A DNA stretch of 64,000 bases from an uncultured virus (IMG/VR IMGVR_UViG_3300020362_000001). Taxonomy: Duplodnaviria; Heunggongvirae; Uroviricota; Caudoviricetes. Below the pieces are notes generated by a model. That model saw only the letters and a program-made list of their open reading frames with translations, ran no database searches and was not told where the DNA came from. Each line of letters opens with the position of its first letter. Within the stretch, counting starts at the first letter, position 1. The position numbers and the translations under genes are program-made. This document shows positions 45,963 to 55,404 of the stretch, one piece after another. Location of the stretch: the IMG/VR virus record IMGVR_UViG_3300020362_000001, one strand, 5' to 3'.

Positions 45963-47253
45963 GGGTACTTTTCCTACTCTTATTGCTCTATCAGCCTTAT
46001 CTGTTAGTGCTTCAGCTGCTTTTTACTCTGTAAGTGGTTTAAGTAAACTTTTTGCGGGAGCATCTTTTGAAGTAATAATAATGGCTGGTTCTTTAGAAGT
46101 AGCTAAATTAGTTACAGCATCCCTATTATATCAATATTGGGATACTATAAATAAAATATTAAGAATTTATTTATCAATTGCAACAATAGTACTTGTATTA
46201 ATTACTAGTATGGGTATATATGGTTTTTTAAGTGCTGCTTACCAGGAAACCTATCAAAAATTAGTTGTTAATGAAAACAAAATACAATTTTTAGAAAATA
46301 AAGCAAAATTTTATGAAGACGACGTTACAAGGTATGATGAGGAACTTAAAAGAATCTCTGGCAATATTAGTACTCTCTCTAATGCTAAAGCTACCTCGAT
46401 CCAAGTACGGGACACAGCGGCTGTGGGCGGTCTTAGATCAACCGTCTCCACTGCTGAACTTAGATTGGCTCAATCGCGTATTTCGGTTGAAGAAGAAAAT
46501 AGAAAAGAAGTAAATTTAAAAAGAACAGTTGCAGCAGATAGTTTACAAAAATTTAAACTACAAATTTTAGATTTACAAAATACATCAGATACAGTAGGTG
46601 AATTAGGTCCACTACAATATATTTCTGGATTAACAGGTACACCCATGGATAAAATAATTAACTGGTTATTATTAGTTATTATTTTTGTATTTGATCCCTT
46701 AGCTATATCTTTAGTGGTAGCAGCTAATTTTGCATTTGTTCAAGCTTTTCCTAAACGAGAGGAGGAAATTACTACTCCTAATATTTCGGAGCCGATTCCT
46801 ATGGAAGATCCTACTAATATAAAGGTAAATGAACCTCAAATTGTTGAAGTTCAAAATAATTTTTTAAATGAATTAGATAAAGTTGAAATACAACAAAATA
46901 AAAAACTTTTAGAAAACCAAGATAATAAAATTAATTCCCAAGACGAAAAATTAGAACAATTAGAAAATGAATTAGAATCAGCCCATGAAGAAATAAATGA
47001 ATTAGACAGGGGGTTACTTAAAACTATACATGGTATACAACATATAAATGATTATTTAAAACATCATGGAGGAGGTTATGATGGGCAGGCAGTAAATTTT
47101 GATGAAATTAAACTTGGATTTGCTGAAAAAGATGATTATATTGAACCAGTTAAACCTAGATCAAAACCTAGTGGTAAAAAAGATCCTTATTTAGATAAAA
47201 ATGCTGATCCAGATTACCCTACAAAAGACGGAGACAATATTATTACGTATTAA
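45934..47253 (+). CDS. Membrane protein with coiled-coil domains
   Basis: 3 N-terminal TM helices, coiled coil, IIFVFDPLAI TM. Confidence 0.65.
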   Translation: MKNLLNLINKGTFPTLIALSALSVSASAAFYSVSGLSKLFAGASFEVIIMAGSLEVAKLVTASLLYQYWDTINKILRIYLSIATIVLVLITSMGIYGFLSAAYQETYQKLVVNENKIQFLENKAKFYEDDVTRYDEELKRISGNISTLSNAKATSIQVRDTAAVGGLRSTVSTAELRLAQSRISVEEENRKEVNLKRTVAADSLQKFKLQILDLQNTSDTVGELGPLQYISGLTGTPMDKIINWLLLVIIFVFDPLAISLVVAANFAFVQAFPKREEEITTPNISEPIPMEDPTNIKVNEPQIVEVQNNFLNELDKVEIQQNKKLLENQDNKINSQDEKLEQLENELESAHEEINELDRGLLKTIHGIQHINDYLKHHGGGYDGQAVNFDEIKLGFAEKDDYIEPVKPRSKPSGKKDPYLDKNADPDYPTKDGDNIITY

Positions 47254-47261
47254 AATAATTT

Positions 47262-49022
47262 ATGTATAAAAAAATCTACGAGCAAGGTAGAGGTGAAAAT
47301 AAACACTTAATACACTTGTGGACAGATAAGGGTTATGAAAAAATAGAATGGAACAATTATGCATATAAAGAATGTCATTCTAATGAGGCTGAATTTAAAG
47401 GTCTAAATGGAGAACCACTGCGTAGAACTCATGATTGGGATAGAAAAACACCTAATTTACATTTTGCCGATATTTCTGCACATCAAAAGTTTCTTATAGA
47501 AAAATATGGTATAAATGATGAACCTTCTAAAACTTGTAAGGAGGTTTTTTTTGATATAGAGTGTGAAATGGGAGGAGCACTTACAGAAGAATATATTTCC
47601 AATGCACCTAAACCTATAACTTCAATTGCGTGGTATGATAAACAAGCTGATCAATGGGCTATAGTAATTTTAGATAAAAAAGGTCAATTAAAACATACTA
47701 AGGCAAAAAATAAAGAAATTATACCATTTAAACATGAAGCAGATTTATTAGATGCTTTTATATCCAGAATGGAAGATATTGAACCTGATATGTTAGTAGG
47801 TTATAATAGTGATTATTTTGATATACCTTATTTGTATTATAGAATATGTAATGTATTAGGTGATTCGGAAGCTAAACGTTTATCTCCTATTGGTATAGTA
47901 AAATTTGCCAAAGGTAATCAATATTGGTATAAAAAAGACATGTATGTTGATATTGCGGGAGTTGAATCTATTGACTATATGAGATTACATAAAAAATATA
48001 GTTGGGAAGATGAACCAAGTTGGAAATTAGATGCTATAGGAGAAAAATATGTTGGTATTAATAAGATAGAATATGAAGGTTCGTTAGACAGATTATTTGA
48101 AGAAGATATACATACATTTATACAGTATAATTTTGTTGATGTAGAAATTCTAGTTGAATTAGATAAAAAATTACAATATTTAGCTTTAACAAGAAACCTA
48201 GCACATAAAGGTAAAATTAAATACAGTGAAGTATATGCATCATCTAAAATTCATGATGGTGCTATTTCAGCATATTTACTATCTCAAAATATAATACCTC
48301 CGGGTAGACCACATGGAGAAAAAAAATTAGGCTATGCTGGTGGTTATCTATTTTGTCCTAAAGCAGGTTTGTACAAATATATGTTTGATGAAGATTTAAC
48401 CTCACTATATCCTTCTATCATAATGTCTTTAAATATAGGAAGGGAAACTATTGTAGGTAAAATTATTCCCGAAACACTTCCTAATAAGCTAGATGATTAT
48501 GGTCCTTATGGTAGTAAAGCTGATAGGAATAATTATTTAGGTTTAAATGATTTAAAAGAAATGGATCCCGAAAAAGAATTAATTGTAATGGATCCTAATA
48601 AAAAAGGTAATCCTAGAGCTACAGTGACTGTAGAAAAATTAATTGAATTAATAGAAAAAAACAAATGGGCTGTAGCAGCAAATGGTACGTTTTTTAGAAC
48701 AGATAAAGAATCCGTATTATCCACTGTATTAAATAAATGGTTTGATGAAAGGGTAATATATAAAAATAGAATGAAACATTGTTATCAAAATGGTGATACT
48801 GAAGGTGGAGCTAAAAACCATTTATTACAATATACAATGAAAATTTTACTTAATTCTTTATATGGAGCAACAGCGTTAAACTCATTTAGGTATGGAATGC
48901 CTTTATCTATATTAAGTGAAGCAATTACCTTATCAGGATGGCGTATTATACAAGAATCAGCATTAGTTGCTAATCGCCATATGAATAAAGTATTAAAAAA
49001 TGAAGTAAAATTGGAAATATAA
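47262..49022 (+). CDS. Family B DNA polymerase, N-terminal part (exonuclease, motifs A and B)
   Basis: FFDIECE, GYNSDYFDIPY, YNFVDV, DLTSLYPS, KILLNSLYG; no motif C. Confidence 0.92.
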   Translation: MYKKIYEQGRGENKHLIHLWTDKGYEKIEWNNYAYKECHSNEAEFKGLNGEPLRRTHDWDRKTPNLHFADISAHQKFLIEKYGINDEPSKTCKEVFFDIECEMGGALTEEYISNAPKPITSIAWYDKQADQWAIVILDKKGQLKHTKAKNKEIIPFKHEADLLDAFISRMEDIEPDMLVGYNSDYFDIPYLYYRICNVLGDSEAKRLSPIGIVKFAKGNQYWYKKDMYVDIAGVESIDYMRLHKKYSWEDEPSWKLDAIGEKYVGINKIEYEGSLDRLFEEDIHTFIQYNFVDVEILVELDKKLQYLALTRNLAHKGKIKYSEVYASSKIHDGAISAYLLSQNIIPPGRPHGEKKLGYAGGYLFCPKAGLYKYMFDEDLTSLYPSIIMSLNIGRETIVGKIIPETLPNKLDDYGPYGSKADRNNYLGLNDLKEMDPEKELIVMDPNKKGNPRATVTVEKLIELIEKNKWAVAANGTFFRTDKESVLSTVLNKWFDERVIYKNRMKHCYQNGDTEGGAKNHLLQYTMKILLNSLYGATALNSFRYGMPLSILSEAITLSGWRIIQESALVANRHMNKVLKNEVKLEI

Positions 49023-49024
49023 AA

Positions 49025-49402
49025 ATGGTAATACATAGAAATAAAGAATGGGATTGGATGGATGAGGTAGAAAGTAGACCTTGGGGTATGTACGAAGTTT
49101 TACTAGATTCAGATGAATGTAAAGTAAAACGTATTACAGTTGCACCTGGTCAAAAATTATCTTATCAATATCACCACAAAAGACAGGAACAATGGACCGT
49201 AATTAAGGGAAATTTGACCATTATTTTAGATGGTGATAAATTATTTAGATCACCAGGTGAATCAATTAAAATTCCTCTAGGAGCTAGACATAGAGCTTGG
49301 AATGAGACTGATGAATTAGTTCAATTTATTGAAGTTCAAACAGGTACTTATTTTGGGGAGGATGATATAGTAAGAATAGAAGACGATTATAATAGAAAAT
49401 AA
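49025..49402 (+). CDS. Cupin, mannose-6-phosphate isomerase type II (ManC C-terminal-like)
   Basis: RPWG.YEVL, VKRITV.PGQKLSYQYH..R.EQW, IEVQTG.YFGEDDIVR. Confidence 0.88.
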   Translation: MVIHRNKEWDWMDEVESRPWGMYEVLLDSDECKVKRITVAPGQKLSYQYHHKRQEQWTVIKGNLTIILDGDKLFRSPGESIKIPLGARHRAWNETDELVQFIEVQTGTYFGEDDIVRIEDDYNRK

Positions 49403-49666
49403 ATGGCATTAACAAAACAATCATTAAGAGCCGGAGTTCATGTAATGATGAACGGAAAATTGGCTACCAAAGAAGAACTTATTAAATTAAGTGAGGATTG
49501 GACAGAAAAAAGAGAAATATTTTTTAGAAAAATGCTACATCAGGGTGGAAAATTCCAGATGGAAGGCATTAATTATGAAATAATATTAAGACAAAACGTA
49601 AAAGAAAGATCAGATGGGGAAATAGATAAAGGTGTAGTACCTATCCCTGGTGATTCAGCATTTTAA
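49403..49666 (+). CDS. Hypothetical protein between the polymerase halves
   Basis: Intact ORF, coupled to both neighbours. Confidence 0.6.
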   Translation: MALTKQSLRAGVHVMMNGKLATKEELIKLSEDWTEKREIFFRKMLHQGGKFQMEGINYEIILRQNVKERSDGEIDKGVVPIPGDSAF

Positions 49667-50589
49667 TGAAACATTTAGAAAAAACACCTTGGTTTATATG
49701 TGATGAAGGCGATACTAATTTATGTGCCTATGTGGATACGGATTCAAATTATTTTAATGCTGAACCCCTTTTAAATCATTTATATCCTAATTTTGAAAAA
49801 TTATCTGATGAAGAAAAAGATACTAAATTAGAAAAAATAGCTTTATTCTATCAAGATTATATTTCGGATCATTATAATACTTTAGCTAAAGAATGCTTCA
49901 ATGTTAAGGATCATAGATTAGAGATGAAAACTGAGTGTGTAATACGTTCTGCTTATTTTAGAGCTACTAGACGTTATGCACAATGGATAACTAAACAAGA
50001 AGGTATTGTAAAAGAAACATTAGATGTTAAAGGATTAGAATATAAAAAATCTAATTTTCCTAAATTATTTGGTGATTTTTTTAAACAAGTAGTAGAGGAT
50101 GTTTTAAAAGGATATAAACAATCTGAAATAGATAAAAGAATATTAGATTTTAAAAATAAAATATTAAGAGAAATACCAATTGAACAATTAGGTAACCCTA
50201 CAGCAGTTAAAACATTAAATAAGTATATTGAACGTAAACCCGTAGGAGGAGAAACTTTTACTATTATAGCTAAGGGTGCCCCCGCTTCTGTAAGAGCAGC
50301 TATTAAATACAATGATTTATTAAAATTTTGGAAATTAACTAATAAACATTCTCGTATTTTACAGGGTGACAAAGTAAAATGGATTTATTTAAAGAAAAAT
50401 CCATATAATATTGAGGCATTAGCTTATTTAGATTTTGATATGCCTGATAAAATTAGGGAATTTTTAGATAGATTTGCTGATAAAGAAAAAGTATTTGATA
50501 CTATTTTATTAAATAAATTAGAGGGATTTTATGATGATATGGGTTGGAAATTAGTTACTAATCCTTATATAAATCAATTTTTTATATGA
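49666..50589 (+). CDS. Family B DNA polymerase, C-terminal part (motif C and thumb)
   Basis: YVDTDS, RRYA, VKGLE, GDKVKWIYL. Confidence 0.9.
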   Translation: MKHLEKTPWFICDEGDTNLCAYVDTDSNYFNAEPLLNHLYPNFEKLSDEEKDTKLEKIALFYQDYISDHYNTLAKECFNVKDHRLEMKTECVIRSAYFRATRRYAQWITKQEGIVKETLDVKGLEYKKSNFPKLFGDFFKQVVEDVLKGYKQSEIDKRILDFKNKILREIPIEQLGNPTAVKTLNKYIERKPVGGETFTIIAKGAPASVRAAIKYNDLLKFWKLTNKHSRILQGDKVKWIYLKKNPYNIEALAYLDFDMPDKIREFLDRFADKEKVFDTILLNKLEGFYDDMGWKLVTNPYINQFFI

Positions 50590-51326
50590 TATATATTTTT
50601 GATGTAGATGGAACTTTAACTAAATCCAGAAATAAAATGGATTTAAGTTTTGCACAATTTTTTTATGATTTTACCGAACATAATAGAGTTTGGTTAATAT
50701 CGGGTAGTGATAAAGATAAGACTATAGAACAAGTAGGGGGTACTATTTGGAATAAGGTAGAAAGGGCATATCAATGTTCTGGTAATCAGCTTTATCAGGC
50801 AGGTAAATTAATTAAAGAAAATAAATTTGAATTACCAATACAAACTAGAGTATGTTTGGAAGCATTTTTAACAGAATCTAAATACCCTCATCGTTATGGA
50901 AATCATATAGAAGAAAGACCGGGTATGGTTAATTTTTCAGTAGTGGGTAGAAATTGTACTCAAGAACAAAGAGAAGATTATTTTGCATGGGATAAAAAAA
51001 ATAAAGAAAGAGAAAAATTTGCCTGGGAATTAAGGGAAAGATATAACTTTTTAAAAGTTACAATAGGTGGGGAAATTAGTATAGATATTACTGAAATAGG
51101 AAAAGATAAAGGTCAAATTATATATGATATACATGATGTTCAAGAAGATTTTTCATTTTTTGGTGATAGATTAGAACCAGGTGGAAATGATTATTCTATG
51201 AAATTATCTTATATGCATTATAGAAAAACACCTCCTAAGAAAAAAAGAGAAAAACCAAAAATTAAGGGTACCTTTTATCCAGTAAAAACTTGGAGAGACA
51301 CCCAGGAGTTATTATATTCCATATAA
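50586..51326 (+). CDS. HAD-IIB phosphomannomutase (PMM-type)
   Basis: FDVDGTLT, SGSD, R.GMVNFS.VGR, GGEISID, FFGDR..GGNDY. Confidence 0.88.
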   Translation: MIYIFDVDGTLTKSRNKMDLSFAQFFYDFTEHNRVWLISGSDKDKTIEQVGGTIWNKVERAYQCSGNQLYQAGKLIKENKFELPIQTRVCLEAFLTESKYPHRYGNHIEERPGMVNFSVVGRNCTQEQREDYFAWDKKNKEREKFAWELRERYNFLKVTIGGEISIDITEIGKDKGQIIYDIHDVQEDFSFFGDRLEPGGNDYSMKLSYMHYRKTPPKKKREKPKIKGTFYPVKTWRDTQELLYSI

Positions 51327-51329
51327 TAT

Positions 51330-51402
51330 TGCGGGGTAGAGCAGTGGCCAGCTCGTCGGGCTCATAACCCGAAGGTCGGAGGTTCGAATCCTCCTCCCGC
51401 CA
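51330..51402 (+). tRNA. Initiator tRNA-Met(CAT), no encoded CCA
   Basis: TCGGG-CTCATAA-CCCGA arm with three G-C pairs; 1:72 mismatch; GGAGG-TTCGAAT-CCTCC T arm. Confidence 0.95.
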
Positions 51403-51414
51403 CTAAATTAAGTT

Positions 51415-51795
51415 ATGCAAGTTGAAATATCCATAGGTGAATTATTTGATAAATTAACTATTTTAGAAATAAAAATAGATAAAATAAATGATCCGGCTAA
51501 ATTAGAAAACGTTACTAAAGAGTGGAATGCTTTAAATGAAAAAAGTATGGATATTTTATCTATATTTGCGGATAGTATTTTATTTAAAAAAATAGATCAA
51601 TTAAAAAATGTAAATGAGGAATTATGGTGGGTAGAAGATAGCATTAGGGAAAACGAGAAAAAACAAATTTTTGATAAAGAATTTGTGGAATTAGCCAGGG
51701 CTGTTTATAAATTAAACGATGAAAGATCTGAAATAAAAAGACAAATTAATTTACTAACTAAATCTAATATAATTGAAGAAAAGTCATATAGTTGA
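51415..51795 (+). CDS. Hypothetical helical protein (DUF6165-like)
   Basis: ISIGELFDKLTILEIK..LNDERSEIKRQIN. Confidence 0.6.
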   Translation: MQVEISIGELFDKLTILEIKIDKINDPAKLENVTKEWNALNEKSMDILSIFADSILFKKIDQLKNVNEELWWVEDSIRENEKKQIFDKEFVELARAVYKLNDERSEIKRQINLLTKSNIIEEKSYS

Positions 51796-52492
51796 TAATA
51801 TTGAAAAGTACTACTTAAATGGATTAACTAAACAAGTAGTATGGATAGTCAAAGATAATAAAGCCGAAGTGGAATTTGCTACTGAAACTAAAAATGCAGT
51901 TGGTAAAGTAATATTTGACGTTGAATTACCTGATGGTCCTTTAGCAATTTATAGTACTGATGCATTATTAAGATTATTAGGAATTACTAGTGAAGAAATT
52001 CAAATTGAATTAAGTAAAAATAATACAGGTTTAGTTGATAAATTAAAAATACAAGATAATAAATTTGACTTAAATTACCATTTAAGTGATATTAGTGTTA
52101 TCCCAGAAGTACCTAATGTACAAACTGTAGATTTTGATTTTAACTTTAAAGTAGATGATGAATTTATATCCGGATTTTTAAAAGCTCATAATGCATTAGA
52201 AAAAACGGAAGATGTTACTTTAAATACCACTACTACTAAACAAGGTGAAAATGTAGTAGAAATAATATTAGGTGAAAGATCACAACATTCACATAAAGTA
52301 AAATTTACTGAAGTAGCAGAATTTACTACTCAAAGTGATTTAATACCATTTTCAGCTAATGTATTACGTGAAATACTAGCTGCAAATAAGGGTACTGAAG
52401 GGCAAATACAAGTAAGTAATAAAGGACTAATGAAATTAGAATTTAATTCTGATAAAAGTTCTGCAGAATACTTTGTCGTAAGACAACAGTAG
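51773..52492 (+). CDS. Sliding clamp (gp45-like)
   Basis: Size, beta-rich acidic sequence, ILAANK..GLMKLEF..YFVV; near clamp loader. Confidence 0.6.
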   Translation: MKKSHIVDNIEKYYLNGLTKQVVWIVKDNKAEVEFATETKNAVGKVIFDVELPDGPLAIYSTDALLRLLGITSEEIQIELSKNNTGLVDKLKIQDNKFDLNYHLSDISVIPEVPNVQTVDFDFNFKVDDEFISGFLKAHNALEKTEDVTLNTTTTKQGENVVEIILGERSQHSHKVKFTEVAEFTTQSDLIPFSANVLREILAANKGTEGQIQVSNKGLMKLEFNSDKSSAEYFVVRQQ

Positions 52493-52517
52493 TATATATT
52501 TATAATAAATGACTGAG

Positions 52518-53017
52518 ACTCTAGGGCGAGCAGTTATGTTTTATGTTTAACCGGTGAGCTAAAGCCACCACAAATTTTAATGATATGAGTACATTATTTC
52601 ACGAACGTACACCGTTCGATATTTTAGTAAGGAATTTTTTCCAAGACGCTAACACATACTTACCGTTAGCAGAAACCAAAGTCCCACATCCAGTAGATAT
52701 TTACCAAACCGATAAAAACCTAGTGTTTGATATCGCTTGTACTGGCATTGCTAAAGAGGACTTAAATATCCAAATACAGGATAGTATAATTAGAGTAAAT
52801 TATGATAAGTCTAAATCAGACGAAACTGGTCTTGATTATATCCATAAAGGTATAGCCAAAAGATCATTTAATCTGGGTTGGAAGATTGATAGTAAATTCG
52901 ATTTAAGTAAGGCAAAAGCTAAATTTGAAAACGGATTATTAACTATAGTAATACCTTTTTCTAAAGGTTCTGAATTAAAAACACTTGAAATCAAGTAAAT
53001 AAGCTCTGCCCTAGAGT
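52518..53017. repeat. Inverted repeat pair enclosing hsp20
   Basis: ACTCTAGGGCGAGC (52518-52531) complementary to GCTC-T-GCCCTAGAGT (53003-53017). Confidence 0.8.
52585..52998 (+). CDS. Small heat-shock protein (Hsp20)
   Basis: PVDIY, YIHKGIAKRSF, AKFENGLLTI. Confidence 0.92.
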   Translation: MSTLFHERTPFDILVRNFFQDANTYLPLAETKVPHPVDIYQTDKNLVFDIACTGIAKEDLNIQIQDSIIRVNYDKSKSDETGLDYIHKGIAKRSFNLGWKIDSKFDLSKAKAKFENGLLTIVIPFSKGSELKTLEIK

Positions 53018-53063
53018 TTGGTTATTTTATTTAGATTTCGTATATTATTATAAACAATAAGTT

Positions 53064-53345
53064 ATGGCAAATCCAAATTTTAAAGGAAGACCTGTTGGCT
53101 CAGGTAAATCCACTTTCATAGAAGATCCCCTAATGGGAAATTATAAAATTGCTATTGATGAATATAGTTACAATGTAATTGATACCAATAAAGGTAAAAC
53201 AGTAGGTTATCATACTTCATTACCTCAAGCCATTTTATCTATAGCAAAATACTTAATGTTAAAAGATAAAACTTTTTCATTAACTCAATATGCTAAAGAA
53301 TTTAAAGAAACACATTTACAATTAAAAGAAGCTATTTTAAAATGA
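53064..53345 (+). CDS. Hypothetical protein
   Basis: ORF with early promoter at 53017. Confidence 0.55.
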   Translation: MANPNFKGRPVGSGKSTFIEDPLMGNYKIAIDEYSYNVIDTNKGKTVGYHTSLPQAILSIAKYLMLKDKTFSLTQYAKEFKETHLQLKEAILK

Positions 53346-53467
53346 GTAGTTCAAGAACATCTAGGTCAATGGGAAGAAAATATAGAAGACATAATCCCAA
53401 TAAAATGACCACTAATAAAGCAAATAGAATACAACAAGGAAAATTTAGACCAAATGAGCAAACTTAG
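53342..53467 (+). CDS. Small basic peptide (41 aa)
   Basis: MSSSRTSRSMGRKYRRHNPNK..; ATGA-coupled, fills gap before groES. Confidence 0.4.
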   Translation: MSSSRTSRSMGRKYRRHNPNKMTTNKANRIQQGKFRPNEQT

Positions 53468-53744
53468 ACCAGTTAATGGAAATGTTATAATCCGTCCCAT
53501 AGAGGAGGAAGAACAAATATCTGGTAATATTATTATACCGGATATGGGTAAGGAAAGACCTGAAATGGGTGAAATTGTAGCCATTTCAAAAATATATAAT
53601 TTTAATAAAGGAGAATATGTACCTACTATAATAGAGATAGGTATGAAAGTTTTAATCCCTAAAATGGGAGCTCAAAGTGTTACTATTGATGGAGAAGAAT
53701 ATTACATCACGGCACAAAGTTCCATTTTATCAATCATAGAATAA
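53454..53744 (+). CDS. groES: Co-chaperonin
   Basis: LRPVNGNVII, SGNIIIPD..KERP; adjacent to groEL. Confidence 0.9.
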   Translation: MSKLRPVNGNVIIRPIEEEEQISGNIIIPDMGKERPEMGEIVAISKIYNFNKGEYVPTIIEIGMKVLIPKMGAQSVTIDGEEYYITAQSSILSIIE

Positions 53745-55381
53745 TGACAGAAACAAGTTTTGGTACTGAATTAAAAAATAAGTTATTGGACGGAGTTCAA
53801 AAACTTAATAATAGCGTAGCGTCCACTTTAGGACCCGCTGGTAGAACAGTTTTAATAAAAGATGAAACTGGTGATATAAAAGTAACTAAAGATGGAGTTA
53901 CTGTAGCTAAGGCATTTCAAGAACTAGAAGATCAAACTGAATCTATAGGAGCGGAATTAGCTAAAAAAGTATCTATTAAATCTGCTAATGAAGTAGGAGA
54001 TGGTACTACTACATCCACAATATTAGCTGCTTCCATATTAGAGGAAGGAATTAAACAAATTAATGATGGTTCAAATCCAGTTAATATTAAAAAAGGTATA
54101 GATGAAGCAACTAATACTGTTGTTAAGGAATTAAAAAATATGTCTACTGAAATTTCGGATGATGCACAAATTAAAGAAGTTGCTACTATATCTGGAAATA
54201 ATGATAAAGAAATAGGTAATTTAATTTCTACTGCATTAGATAAGGTAGGTAGAGATGGAATTGTTACTATTGAAGAATCAAAAACAGGAGATACTTCTCT
54301 TGAAGTTGTAGAAGGTATGCAATTTGAAAGAGGATATAAATCACCTTATTTTGTAACAGATAATAATTCAATGTCAGCGGTATTGGATGATCCTTATATT
54401 TTAATTTATGATGGTAGAATCACTCAGGCAGCCGAATTAATTAATGTATTAAATAAAGCTAGCGGTGAAACTAAACCCATATTAATAGTGGCGGAAGATA
54501 TAGATGGTGAAGCTTTAGCAACTTTAATAGTTAATAAAATGAGAGGTACTATTCAGGCGGTAGCAGTTAAAGCACCTGAATTTGGTGATAGAAGAACTAT
54601 GGCTTTAGAGGATTTAGCTACTGTTACTGGTGGTCAAGTTATATCTAAAAATAAAGGATTTAAATTAGATAAAATGCAACCACTACAATTTGGAGAAGTA
54701 TTAGGTACAGCTCGTAAAATTACAGTTGAAAAAGAAACTACTACTATTATTGATGGTAAAGGTAGTGAAGAATCTATCTCTGATAGGGCTAATGAAATAA
54801 AAACTCAATTGGATAAAGCTAGTTCGGCATTTGAAAAGGAAAAATTACAGGAAAGATTAGCTAAATTAATAGGTGGAGTTGCAATTATTAATGTAGGAGG
54901 TAATTCCGAAATTGAAATTAAAGAAAGAAAAGATAGAGTTGAAGATGCGTTATTTGCTACTAAAGCTGCCTTAGATGAAGGTATAGTAGTAGGTGGTGGT
55001 ACAGCTTTACTTAGAGCTTCTAAAGCAATTAAGATTAAAGATAATGATGATGTATCTATAGGTAAAAAAATTGTTAAAATAGCAATTCAAGAACCATTTA
55101 ATAAAATATTGACTAATGCTGGTCATGATAATAATGATATATCTTTTAATTCTTTTAAATTAATATCCAAAAGAAATATATGGTCAGGATTAAATTATAA
55201 AAATTTAAAAGTGATTGACTTTAAAGAGGAAGGTATTATAGATCCTAAAAAAGTAACTAGGATTGCCTTAGAAAATGCCGCCTCAATAGCTGGTACTATT
55301 CTTACTACTGAATCTATTGTTTATGAAAAACGTAAGGAAAAAGAAGAAGAAGTACCTAATCCTATGGCTGGGATGATGTAA
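53744..55381 (+). CDS. groEL: Chaperonin
   Basis: TLGPAGR, TKDGVTVAK, GDGTTT, GMQFERGY.SPYF, KAPEFGDRR. Confidence 0.97.
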   Translation: MTETSFGTELKNKLLDGVQKLNNSVASTLGPAGRTVLIKDETGDIKVTKDGVTVAKAFQELEDQTESIGAELAKKVSIKSANEVGDGTTTSTILAASILEEGIKQINDGSNPVNIKKGIDEATNTVVKELKNMSTEISDDAQIKEVATISGNNDKEIGNLISTALDKVGRDGIVTIEESKTGDTSLEVVEGMQFERGYKSPYFVTDNNSMSAVLDDPYILIYDGRITQAAELINVLNKASGETKPILIVAEDIDGEALATLIVNKMRGTIQAVAVKAPEFGDRRTMALEDLATVTGGQVISKNKGFKLDKMQPLQFGEVLGTARKITVEKETTTIIDGKGSEESISDRANEIKTQLDKASSAFEKEKLQERLAKLIGGVAIINVGGNSEIEIKERKDRVEDALFATKAALDEGIVVGGGTALLRASKAIKIKDNDDVSIGKKIVKIAIQEPFNKILTNAGHDNNDISFNSFKLISKRNIWSGLNYKNLKVIDFKEEGIIDPKKVTRIALENAASIAGTILTTESIVYEKRKEKEEEVPNPMAGMM

Positions 55382-55404
55382 TTATTTTTTGTATATTAAA
55401 GGTT

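Noticed and set aside
49023..49665. Intron or intein interrupting polB
   Set aside because: Gap is filled by two intact, tightly coupled ORFs; no group I/II core, homing nuclease or intein termini seen
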